Below are positions 10,100-20,646 of a stretch of 41,869 nucleotides of DNA, one piece after another; position 1 is the stretch's first letter; the number at the start of each line of letters is the position of its first letter. Source of the DNA: Nemertoderma westbladi (taxonomy: Eukaryota; Animalia; Xenacoelomorpha). Location: positions 1 through 41,869 of the forward strand of contig JAUCBJ010002509.1 of NCBI GenBank assembly GCA_032718475.1. The letters run 5' to 3'. Under the pieces are notes generated by a model. The model saw only the letters and a list, made by a program, of their open reading frames with translations. It did no database searches and had not been told where the DNA came from. Made by a program: the position numbers and the translations under genes.

Positions 10100-10670
10100 A
10101 TAAATATTACGCTACGCGTACAAACTACTCAAACAAATGCAGACCGAACACTGACAGACTACCATCAAGCCTAAACAAACTACGGTATATGCAGACTCCG
10201 AAATAATTAGGTAGTATGCGTTCTAACCCAGTAGTACGACTTATTCTTTAATTGGGGGTTTACCTTACAGCATTCGCTGCCCCTACTTCCTAACCGTTCT
10301 TTATCGGACAAGTGATCTACACACGCTGCAATCCGCTCAGGCCTAATAACAGCCAGACAACTATCCAGCCTACAAATTATCTAAATAAAATTATACGCTA
10401 CCCGTACAGACTTACGCAAACAAAGTACAGACTAAACGATGGCAGACTACTCTCAAGCCTAAATAAACTACAGGACATGCAGACTCCGAAATGATTAGGG
10501 AGTATGCGTTCTAACCCAGTAGTACGACTTATTCTTTAATTGGGGGTTTACCTTACAGCGTTCGCTGCCCCTACTTCCTAACCGTACTTAATCGGACAGG
10601 TGATCTACACACACTGCAATCCGTTCGGACTTAACAGCAATCAGACAACAGCTCAGCCTACAAATCGTCT
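10100..10670. repeat. ~288-bp tandem duplication in the leader of unit 2
   Basis: agtatgcgttctaacccagtagtacgacttattctttaattgggggtttaccttacag occurs twice, 288 bp apart; homologous to 2590-3150. Confidence 0.9.
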
Positions 10671-10845
10671 GTACAATCTGATCAGGTTTACACGCCTTCT
10701 GTTCAATACTGGCCTACAAATAAATAAAACTTGACAGAAATAAGTAAACCATATAAAGGAATAAGGGGTGATCAATCCCTAATCCCTTAAACAGCCTACC
10801 GGTATGCAACAATCAAATCGAATAATACTAGTGTACTTATACGGA

Positions 10846-10966
10846 AGTACCGGTTAGGACAGCTAGGCCTACGGACCTACAGAAGTACCGGTTCTGGCAG
10901 TTGGACCTACTGACCTACGGCAGTACCGGTTCTGGCGGTTGGGCCTACTGACCTACAGATGTACCA
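10846..10966. repeat. 38-bp tandem repeat, ~3 copies
   Basis: agtaccggtt at 10846, 10884 and 10922, each followed by ...cctac(t/g)gacctac. Confidence 0.8.
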
Positions 10967-11729
10967 TTCAGGTTTACCGGTTGACCGGTACTTTCAACTT
11001 TATTGCTTACTGCAATAAAGAAGCTATATCCGTTATTGTTCGCGCTTTTAGACCTTTGGCAGTTTAACCCGCCAAATTAGGATGTCTTTTAGATAATAAA
11101 TCACTTTTAGCCTATGACAAGTATTTGATTCACTACACTAGTCGAAACCAATCTGTGCGCGATCATTCACCCGCTGGATATACCCGGGAGATTGGGTTCG
11201 ACGGCTTAATCTTATTGCTATGTAAGCCTAATGTATTATTCGACTGACAGTATTATATAATCTCTGACAATATTATTCACCTTCGGGAATATTAACAGTT
11301 CCTTTAGGACGTGGCGCTCTATCTATATAAACAGAGTTTGACTTAAACTACTCACAACGATATGGCTTAGTTATAATTCACATATATGGCGCATTCTTTA
11401 GGAAATGCTTCGTTATCAGTCTCACTCATACACAATGCTGCACAATACTGCACACTAATCTGCCGATCTTCACTGATTTTAGTCACATATAAAAGGAACA
11501 CAGACCGAATCATGTAGGGTCTATCAAATAACATTAGATTCACTTCAAACCACTCAACATAGGTCGCAATCATTTATCTGTAACCTTTCTCTCTTACCTT
11601 CGGTATATCAAGAATATTGGGTTTTCGGGGTTATTTGTCGTTATTCCAAATATAATAATTCATCAACCATATTATGAAGAACTGACAGTAAATAGCAGTA
11701 TAACAATATAAAGTATGCACAGTGTTACA

Positions 11730-11778
11730 CAGTATGCAGTGTATGCAGTACTGCAGTATGCAGTATGCAGTATGCAGA
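11730..11778. repeat. 7-bp microsatellite (CAGTATG)n
   Basis: cagtatgcagtgtatgcagtactgcagtatgcagtatgcagtatgcag. Confidence 0.85.
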
Positions 11779-12358
11779 TAACGGATATATGTCCTTATAA
11801 TTAAGCCTACTAGTGTAGGGCTAAAGCTGAAAACACGGAGGTGCCAAAAGCCGGTTCTTAGGCTCTGGGCAAAAACATAACACTGAACTACTGAGTTTCT
11901 GTATACACCTCCAACACAGAGACAACAAACGCTCTGATTGGTCAACCTGAACAACGAGAGAACAAAGAAACAAAGAAACGTCGACGTGGCAATATCAGCT
12001 GCTAGCCGTCGTCATGGTAGCGACACTGTTTTCAAGAGTATCGAGCTTTTACGTCACGGAATTAAGGATTATGTCCTCTAAAGTACAAATACAGAAGAAA
12101 TAGCTTTTATGTCCGCTAAAACACCAGTACAGCAAGGACACGGCCTTTTTATGCCTGGTAAACCAACTACAGAGTATTTTACGGGAAAAATAAGGAAAAA
12201 TAACCGGACAATTCAGCAAAAGCTTTTACAACCGTTTATAACAAAAAAATTTGATTTACTTTCATTGATCACCAATACCGCGTACCGGATATATTGCCTA
12301 CATTGTAATGTGAAAAAAATCGAGCAACATTTCCTCTGAAAATGCTGAGCGAACATTC

Positions 12359-12613
12359 GAGACAGGGGGGGGGGGGGGGGGGGGGAAACTGGACGCAAAA
12401 CCCGCCTTGGCGAAAAAATCCAGCCTCAATTTTAAATTCTCAATTTAGGGAAAGGTGCAGGTTACAGTGGCACGTTAATTTAACCAAAACAACAAACTAA
12501 ACACATTAGAACAGGTTACAGTTTTATTTTTGCAAGTAATCATCTGTTATTTGCGTCGAATTTCCCCTGGAGAGGGTTTAACTTTTATTGTGTCCAGTTT
12601 CCCCCCCTATCTG
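12359..12613 (+). mobile_element. MITE with 8-bp TSD, hAT-like, copy A
   Basis: Ends GAGACAG(G)nAAACTGGACGCAA and TTGTGTCCAGTTTCCCCCCCTATCTG; TSD GAACATTC at 12351-12358 and 12614-12621. Superfamily inferred from the CAG terminus and 8-bp TSD. Confidence 0.85.
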
Positions 12614-12780
12614 GAACATTCTTGTAATTGGACCTCAGACATTCCGAACTTACTACCGAACGAACTATAAAGATAAAGACAAAATACTGATAACGGATAA
12701 GTTGACTGATCATCTATTACATTATGTAGTATGTTTGGGTAATTATTTAATTCGGTCTAGGCCATTTGATTAGTTGCAAA

Positions 12781-13002
12781 TCAGGTTTTTACTTTTCCTA
12801 TATATGTAGCTGGTGCTAAGTGATCCATATGGTTTACCTGTAAATCAACCACTTCTTCATACGGAGGCGGTTTTTCTTCGATTGTTTTTCCGCTTCCCAG
12901 TTTAATTTCCTTCATCGATATCGCGGTATCGCAATCACTGAGTCCCGAAACATCCACCCCGAAATCGCTGAAGCGACCAGAGGCAATATTTATACCTGCC
13001 AT
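12781..13002 (-). CDS. Small orphan ORF or terminal exon with PPPY motif
   Basis: ATG at 13002 gives 73 aa, MAGINIASG...EEKPPPYEEVV. Higher GC than flanks. Could be the last exon of a larger gene. Confidence 0.4.
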   Translation of the reverse strand: MAGINIASGRFSDFGVDVSGLSDCDTAISMKEIKLGSGKTIEEKPPPYEEVVDLQVNHMDHLAPATYIGKVKT

Positions 13003-13420
13003 ATTAATTATATTCGCATAGTAGACTATCACTAGTGTGAAATACTCATGGTCATGTTGCACTAATTAATTGATAGTAACATATAACAAAAAAATAACCC
13101 TCCACATGCCAGCAGCATGGGGTGGAGGAGCACCCCTCCTCCTCCCAATATTTCATCACAAACACATCAACCAAACTTACGATATTTTTTTATTGAAAAC
13201 GCACTACATTGTCCTGAACATTCTTCACTGCTAGTAAACTCAACTCGAAATTACTGAAATATTGGCTATGGTTGGTTCATTAGTCGCTGTTCTTCAACAG
13301 CTGATTGCCCAACAATGGTGTGTATTAAACACATTGCCTTCAATTCATTTCTCTCAGGAGGACGAGTTTTTGTTTCGGCACGAATGCTTTAAGTGACTAG
13401 CCAGGGCGCCTATCTATCTA

Positions 13421-13608
13421 CAGTATCTACCTTCCATCCTTAAATGGTAAGTTAAATGAGTACTGGAGTTTTCTCTGGAAATGAGTACTGGAGTATAGTT
13501 CTGGGGGGACCGCACTGGAAATTAGTCGTCATACTTTGTGCGTAATCTGTACTAATTGCCCCACAAAAAAAATTATTTTACTGTAAATGTGGCGCAAATT
13601 AAAATATT
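13421..13608 (+). mobile_element. Probable SINE remnant with LINE-like tail
   Basis: ccttccatccttaaatggtaagttaaatgagtac resembles a widespread SINE body motif; ggaccgcactggaaattag...tgtgcg resembles CR1/L2-group 3' tails. Recognised from memory only. Confidence 0.4.
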
Positions 13609-14760
13609 ATGGTAGGTAGGTAACCTTACTATTAAACTTATTACACCACACGTGACATTTTACTTCTATTGTGAGAAATTATTTGTTTAGATATAATAAA
13701 ATAAAAATGACATTTCACCAACACAGAATCATTGTTTTGCGTAATGCAGCCTCTTTCCCGGTCGTCTTCTTATTTATATCATCACACTGATCTCTTCTCG
13801 AAACTTTGGAATCCTTTTACATCACTTTATATGTATCTCAAGAGGAAGGTTAATGGATCAGGATGGTTACTGCCGAGCTGCAGATGCACACCGCATCGTG
13901 TACCCATATCGGGATCGCTACTTTCGAGAAACAAACCCAGAATTAGTTCATTGAGCAAAACATAGATACTGAGAGGAGATAAGGAACCCTGGAACTACGT
14001 ATAATATTGGGCCAGGCGCGGTTACAAATTAAGTTATCTATAGTTATAAAGATCATATGTAGGGGTATGGGTCTTTGTGGTTCTTTTTATAACTGTGGCA
14101 CAAATGGCTACTTATATTTTGTTAACAGGACCTCTTGGTATTCGGATTGAGGTTGAACTACCAGAACTCCCATTTACGAGATGACGTGTTTTATATGGAC
14201 TCCGTATGAACTCTATATGAACTCTTAGTTATACTGTATATGGACTCTTAGAATACCGATATATTTAGGATGCAGGCGGGTGGTGGATGATTTATATATT
14301 CATTTACAGTAACTACATTTTGTACGTAGGCCTACTTGCATAAAATTTTGATGGCGGATCAACAAACAAGGTCGACCAAAATGTCGACCCAGTGACATTG
14401 ATAAAGGTCCGGGTTATAGTGCACGTCTATGAAACTAACCATCTATCCGTGAGAAAATTGTAGTGCCTAGCTGATGGTGAGGAGCTACATTAAAATATTT
14501 ATCTTACATTCGAACGGATTTCACACACTTGATTGACGGTATCGTGGGAAGCACCAATAAATAGGACTACCGATAACTAACGACTTATAAAGCTAGTCAT
14601 GGAATACAATATATAAAATAATAAATGGTTTTTGTAATTTTGTAAATGGTTTTTAAAATGATAAATAATTTATTGTATTAAATTGACAGGTTTTATTCAT
14701 ATTTATCTTATCAGCTGATCTTGAAATTATGTCCAGCTTGAATATCACGTTACGAAAACA

Positions 14761-15336
14761 TTATTCACTGGAACTACTGGAAGATGATGTAACATATTCT
14801 TTGCCCTTAATAACTTTCAGCCATTGGTTCCTGACTTCTCTACTTTCGAACCAAAACTTATCCTCTCTATTGCCCCTTTTCATTGTTAACTGAATTCCGT
14901 GTTCTAACGATATCCCTCGATTTGTGGTCAACGTTGATTTCGGTTGAATTGGTTCCGCCATGAACTCTTCTAGGGCGTAGATTTTGGTTATGTCTTTCGG
15001 TATTAGCGAACTATCTCGGGTCAAACTCAATACGTTTCTATTCAGCCCGGTGGATTTAATTTCTCCCCAATATGCCCTAACTTTTCGGCCTTTAATATCT
15101 TTGTAGATGAGTCCTTCCTTTATAAATCCCAATAGTCGCTATAACAATAAAAACGTTATATAAATAATGTAATAATGGTAAATGAATAACTGCACCAAAT
15201 AAGAGGAAAATCGCGCCAACACTCTTTTCTATACAGTATTATTCACTTGTCCTTCAGGAGTGTGAGTTTTGCAGGGACTTGTTACACTATATAGCAGTAC
15301 AGACACTACTTCCGGGCGGACTTTATTTATACCCAT
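14761..15336 (-). CDS. Small PH-domain protein, probably two exons (15336-15247 and 15138-14761; 155 aa)
   Basis: IKEGLIYK at the domain start and FWFESREVRNQWLKVIK at its end match the PH fold. Acceptor ttttattgttatAG ends at 15139; donor GTgaat at 15246; 108-bp phase-0 intron; in-frame ATG at 15336. Exon 1 is less certain than exon 2. Confidence 0.65.
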
Positions 15337-15577
15337 GTGAACGACCCAACAGGTAGTTGTGCGCTAAACCGCGCGGTTTACCGCAGCCCATTTAAACAAT
15401 CAATGTTAAAACAATTAATGTAATTTCCTGTTGAATTCACAGTCCACAGATAGACAATCAGTTACCGCAACGGTACCGTTGGGTGTGAACGGGCTCCGGG
15501 TAGTATACCGCTGGCTTACCGCTTCAATACCGCTAGACTACTTTACCGCTCACGCACCGTTGGATGTGAACGGGGCT
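15335..15577. mobile_element. Possible PIF/Harbinger-like MITE fragment
   Basis: tgtgaacg occurs three times, ending in gtgaacggggct (reverse AGCCCCGTTCACA). Opposite TIR not found. Confidence 0.35.
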
Positions 15578-16196
15578 ATAGGAGGCTTTGTGAAAGAATT
15601 CTACTGGGGGGCTACAACACTTGCACTGTGCAGTAAACACTGACGGCTCAACAAACAAATCCTGACGGCTGATTAGTCTTTAGCTACCATCTAATCTAAT
15701 GCTTCTGATATTAAACCTAGAGGCTGCCAAGTGTATTGGTGATGTTCCTCTATACCTATGCTACTACTTTTATACTACAGTACCTCAACCTCTCCTTGAC
15801 ATGTAGTATCGCAGTTGATGTACAGTAGTGTCTGAACTGCCTGATGCCTAGGAATGTTTGATGTAGGCAATTTTCTTAAATCACGATCAAGTCTCACTCT
15901 AGATTGCAATTGTGAGGCAATAAATATCCGGCGGATGTAGTTGAAAGTATTTAATTATTAAGCAATTACTGTTCGACTTACATAGGAGACACAAACTACT
16001 TCATACAAGATATCTTGAAAACGAAAAAAAATGAAAAACTCTTTGCAGATTTGGAATCAAAATTAAATTCTGATTCATATAGGATATTATTGTTTGTCGC
16101 AAATTCGACTGACACAACCCTCCCCCCCTCCCCACTCAGCAACATATGTAAGTAATGTAAATAATTATAAATATGTTATGTAAAGTCTAATAAATT

Positions 16197-16715
16197 TCAA
16201 GCGATTTCATAATTAAATATAGAACTTGCCAGTGTAGATTCGTCTATTGAGTTGTTGATGTTTAGAACAATGAATGAGGACAATATGGCAACATCATATT
16301 TGTCTGCAGCTTGTACGTTAATTCGAAATTTGTTATCATCCTCCCTAAAGATTGAAATTCCACCACCGTGACCTTTTGAAAGAACTGACCCATCAAAACG
16401 ATTCGTTCGATATACCGTAGTAGGGCCTCTACGCAAAGTCAATAACCACTCGACGAATGCAGTTTTTTGGTCAAATCTGAACATTAACATTCGCTCATTT
16501 GGTACGTTTTCCTCTAAAAAGCCTTCGGACATTGCTTTACAATCCACAGTGAATGTTTCCAGACCAGCTGTAGCTTTGTGATGGGATAGTAACAGATCTT
16601 GTGAGGTTACCCAGAATGTTGAACCTTTCATTGCAAGCAGGCTCTCTCTACCTTCATCTTCTCTTATGCGTGGCATTTTATTTGCCTTCTTGAATTTTGT
16701 TACAGTAATTGACAT
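16197..16715 (-). CDS. Intronless orphan protein, 172 aa (PH-like helix; Tubby/LURP-like C-terminus)
   Basis: Clean AAAATG start and 519-bp open frame in AT-rich DNA. MFRFDQKTAFVEWLLTLR resembles a PH terminal helix; FRINVQAADKYDVAILSSFIVL resembles the buried C-terminal helix of Tubby-like folds. Fold call is tentative. Confidence 0.6.
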   Translation of the reverse strand: MSITVTKFKKANKMPRIREDEGRESLLAMKGSTFWVTSQDLLLSHHKATAGLETFTVDCKAMSEGFLEENVPNERMLMFRFDQKTAFVEWLLTLRRGPTTVYRTNRFDGSVLSKGHGGGISIFREDDNKFRINVQAADKYDVAILSSFIVLNINNSIDESTLASSIFNYEIA

Positions 16716-17234
16716 TTTTATACTATTGTATTTGATAAGTGCAGTAAAATCTTCCGTGTTAAATTTTTATATAGCAAAACTAAGATTCAATCTAATTTGT
16801 TGATTGTCTTAATCTTAAAAGTGATACATGTTTTTATAAATTGCATATCTTCCACTATATACAGTAAAGTGCCCAAGTGTTTACGACTATAAGGTCGGTC
16901 ACACTATGTAAACATATATAGCATACAGTATATATTAGTATAAATTAGGTCTATATTATGCAACTTAATGTTTTAGAACCTCCAATGTATCGAAAAACAT
17001 TCCACTATGGAACGTTTCACACATACTCTCGTGTTATACATTTTTAACGATCATTATTTATAGATAAGCGGTGTATTATTCATATTGTCCATATATCTAC
17101 TGGCTTATTTTACAGAATATTATAATCAATACATATAATATAGGTTTACAGTAAATATTGCAGTCATGAGCGAGTCATTCAACCGTTTATATTGATTGCC
17201 TATCAAACATTTGAATTTTATAAAACAGTGAGAA

Positions 17235-17502
17235 CCATAAAGCTACCCATAACTCAATTGGTGCAGTAGGAATTCTGCTAAGCCCATTTGCACTGCAAAC
17301 CTCAAACAACATTGAATCTATAAATTCTGGCGTCATGATTGCAACATTTGATGGGAATCCAAAGACAACAGTCTGAAACACAATGTCAAAGTCATTGTTG
17401 GTGACCTGAATGCGCAAATTGGCCCAGAAGACATCAAGGGTTACACAAATAACACCAATTCGAATAGAAATGGGTACTTACTCTTAGACCTAATGGAATA
17501 AT
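17235..17502 (+). pseudogene. RTE-like LINE AP-endonuclease fragment
   Basis: NSIGAVGILLSPFA...IATFDGNPKTTV, then after a frameshift KHNVKVIVGDLNAQIG...NRNGYLLLDL. Confidence 0.8.
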
Positions 17503-17542
17503 GTGAAAATATAAGTAAAAATATTAAAAATATCTACTACTG

Positions 17543-18085
17543 CAGTACCAAAGCAATCGTAATACAAGGTTTTTCAGACCTTCGTCTTATTCAAACCTTC
17601 GAACCAATACCTCTGCATGGAATTTGAAGAAATTTGCTTCGATTTACTCGCTTAAAGATACGTTTTATAAAATAATACACGCAAAGATAGGTGGAATATT
17701 TAGTACTGTAGTAAATTTAGTAGCGAAATGCCAAGCCTATCAAACAAAAGTGACACAAAGCATCGTAATGCCCTGCTTTTCTTCTTCAATTTGATATACT
17801 ATATGATTAAATTTATTTTTGTCAACTCGAGTAGCACAACTTCTAATTAATGGTATTTTACTCTACAGCAATAATAAATCTTCGACTTCTAAATAATGAC
17901 TTCTTATAACAGCTGATCGAGGTATTCTACAATGTAGTGAGGAGGAGGCCTTGTATTACGATCCCTGACGATACCCCAACGGGGAGAAATATATAGGCCG
18001 TTGTTTAAATTATCTTTTAATTGTCTTCCGGGGCTATAAAACTCCTGTTCCACCAACCCTTTGTATTACGATGGCTTAGATAGTG
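17543..18085. mobile_element. Probable CACTA-type MITE with subterminal repeats
   Basis: Left cagtaccaaagcaatcgtaatacaa versus right (reverse) cactatctaagccatcgtaatacaa, 21/25 identical. Further inverted copy ccttgtattacgat at 17949-17962. TSD unclear. Confidence 0.5.
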
Positions 18086-18490
18086 CTAGGACGAGCGAAC
18101 TCAGACAGTGGAAATGAAATCATTCCAGGCTTCCCGATTCTCCATAGTTGTCGCAATTTCGTTTCTCTCAAGTCCAGTACCCCTTTCAAGTTGGTCTATA
18201 GCCGGTCGTCCACGGCTACGCGTTCCTTGTGTTGGTTGGTCCTTGTCTTGAACTTAGAAGTAGATCGGGTATACCTCATGTTTACTTCTTCAGCAGTGCC
18301 CACTGAATTATAATCGGCTTTCATGGATGGTGGTGGATACAGATGGTATTGTACCATAAAACTCTGCGTTTGACACGTGTTGTCTCCAGCTGATGTTTAG
18401 GGCTGCCCTTAGTAGTCTTGTGTAGCAATCATCAATTCGGCGTTCAAGTGATTTAGTCAGTGTCCAGGTCTCACCCCCGTATAAAAAGTA
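18086..18490 (-). pseudogene. RTE LINE 3' fragment (RT C-terminus)
   Basis: FLYGGETWTLTKSLERRIDDCYTRLLRAALNISW...RL*FSGHC...RGRP...NREAW, with stops. Confidence 0.85.
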
Positions 18491-19403
18491 CACAGGCACT
18501 TTTGGCAAGGAACTAGGATAATAACATTCTTCTAGAACATTCACCAATATATAAAAAAAAACACATAAAAACGCCAAAAAATCAATGTTCAAAAATGTTC
18601 ACACAAGCTATACTAGTGCCAAAACAATATCTATCACTACTATGATAAAGACAAAAATCATAATTAGACAGTAATAAACGATTAAAAACACATTTAATGA
18701 ATACAGATTTGGTGTACATGTAGGGTAGAGATAGTTATTTGTTTCAGAGACAAGTTGTTATGGATGTCAACCCAAATATGAAAATAAATAGATATATAAA
18801 ATCTTATTATATTTTCCAAGAATACCGAGCTTACTTCATATCATAAATCAGTATATCACATAACTGAAGTACTGATCAGATACTGTATAACCGCATCTGA
18901 CAAACGATACCGGTAATCATAAAAAAAAGGTCCACTATAAATGCGATATATTTTGCACACAAGTTGCAGCAATTAATGTAATGTCACGGGGGGATTATGA
19001 ACTTAATTAAGAAATCAATTAATTAATATATATCATCCAAAAAATTTTTGAAAATTATGTTATACTAATTTTAACCTAACTAATATTATAACAAGAAATA
19101 TTAGAACAAAATGCATTTAATAAATTTTAGTATCGGTACGCATACTGTATTGCACTTGTTCTTAGTACTCACTACTAGGTGGTAGGCCTACCTACTAAAA
19201 TTTTGTTAGATCGAGTTGATGGTAGATCAAGTTGCATCCTAGCTATTAATATAAAAATAATATTCAAGAACAAATATTTTTTGTTACCAAGGTTTTATTT
19301 TTTTTTAGATTTAAGTGGTCTCACATCCATGGTTGATTTTAATTTCGTACGTGTTAAACGGAACAATGGATGGGGAGAAAAATAGAAAAACAATTATTGT
19401 TTT

Positions 19404-19442
19404 GCTATATTTCGGACACCTTACGGTAGACCGTCGTCAGGC
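19404..19442 (-). ncRNA. Degenerate Penelope-type minimal hammerhead motif
   Basis: Minus strand gc-CTGACGA-cggtctaccgtaaggtgtcc-GAAA-tata-gc; stem I is only 2 bp. Confidence 0.45.
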
Positions 19443-19795
19443 TTTAATTTAATTTAATTATACAACAGAACAACAGATTATAAGAACTGCAAATGTTTAA
19501 AATTCCCGCCAACGAAATAGGACTGAAATTAGAAGCCTGACTAGAAAATAGACAAAACGAGACCATGCGAAAAATAAACTCTGAAAATAACAGTAGAAAT
19601 GAAAGGATAGAGGCGATAATTCGTAATTAAGTACGTAGTTTGTCAATTAAATTTTCAAAATCCACCAAAAGGAAAGATTAAAGTAATTAAACGATATACT
19701 AATGGGTTTAAAGTGCAAATTGGAAAATAAATCGAAACCGACAACATAAATCAGTAAATAGATAACCAGACCATCATACATGGTCTCGTGAGTCC

Positions 19796-19886
19796 GCAGG
19801 TCTGTGAGACTGCACGTCTGTGAGAATGCACGTCTGTGAGTCTGCACGTCTGTGAGAATGCACGTCTGTGAGACTGCACATCTGTG
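19796..19886. repeat. 16-bp minisatellite, ~5.5 copies
   Basis: Unit gcacgtctgtgag(ac/aa/tc)t. Confidence 0.9.
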
Positions 19887-20646
19887 GCGTTTCATTCCCT
19901 AGGCAACGACTTGGTTTGGTGGGATGTAACTAATCAGGTGGGATGTAGCTAATAACTATCAGTGAACTCAGCATATTAATTGTCAAAATAGAAGCAAAAC
20001 TTAAAGATTGTCCTTTGACGTAGTATCAACCGATTATAGCGACCCTTCACCACTTACCCCATCTCAACTTAGGCATGGGTTTCGCCTTAAAAGTCTTCCA
20101 GACAATTAACAATTACCCTGAAAAAGACAGCGATCCATCATATAAACCCCTAGAGACTCAAAATAATCTTCTAGAGAATTTCCTGCATCTCCATTATATT
20201 CTTCAATTATACTGGACAAGATGGTCCGTAGAGTACTTAGCATCTCAATTCGTGAGTTGAATCGTTGGAGTTCACGGTCTGGTCCTCCTGTGAGGATAGG
20301 AGATGTCGTAATGATTGAAGGAGATATTCACACTCCAAGAGGAGGAGGCGTGGTAGAATTACCGCTCTCCACCCAGGTATAGAGGGGTCCGTTTGATCTG
20401 TCACTCCATTGTGCGGAGGTGTTGCTTGAACTTCCGATGCGGTTTGTTTTTTGTGTTGTCGTGTCGTATACAATATGGGGTATGGAGCTACTTCGAGGTT
20501 TAGTTGCCAACATCGTCTTTCTCGAATTTCGGCGGCGTCACTACATTGCTCAGATCTAATGCCTACCATAGGTTTTCGCTTATTATAATGCACATTTGTT
20601 TTCTGTGCGATTATCTACTGTATATTTGTTGGGTTATGGATTCAGA

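Larger units (their letters stand above)
4567..12123 (-). mobile_element. BEL/Pao-derived unit 2, non-autonomous (gag-protease, no RT/IN)
   Basis: Long leader, 1361-aa ORF and degenerate pol C-terminal remnant, abutting unit 1 directly. Confidence 0.8.

Noticed and set aside
9632-11954. Short ORFs in the unit 2 leader (possible env or accessory genes)
   Set aside because: No matching ORFs in unit 1; indels between the units do not respect codons.
12365-12385. Long G runs (also ~33847-33870 and ~38986-39000) as G-quadruplex elements
   Set aside because: Homopolymer expansions, the first inside a MITE TIR that has a shorter run in other copies; lengths are error-prone.
13732-13965. 77-aa plus-strand ORF, or a minus-strand hydrophobic exon
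   Set aside because: No recognisable motif; the minus frames are broken by stops.
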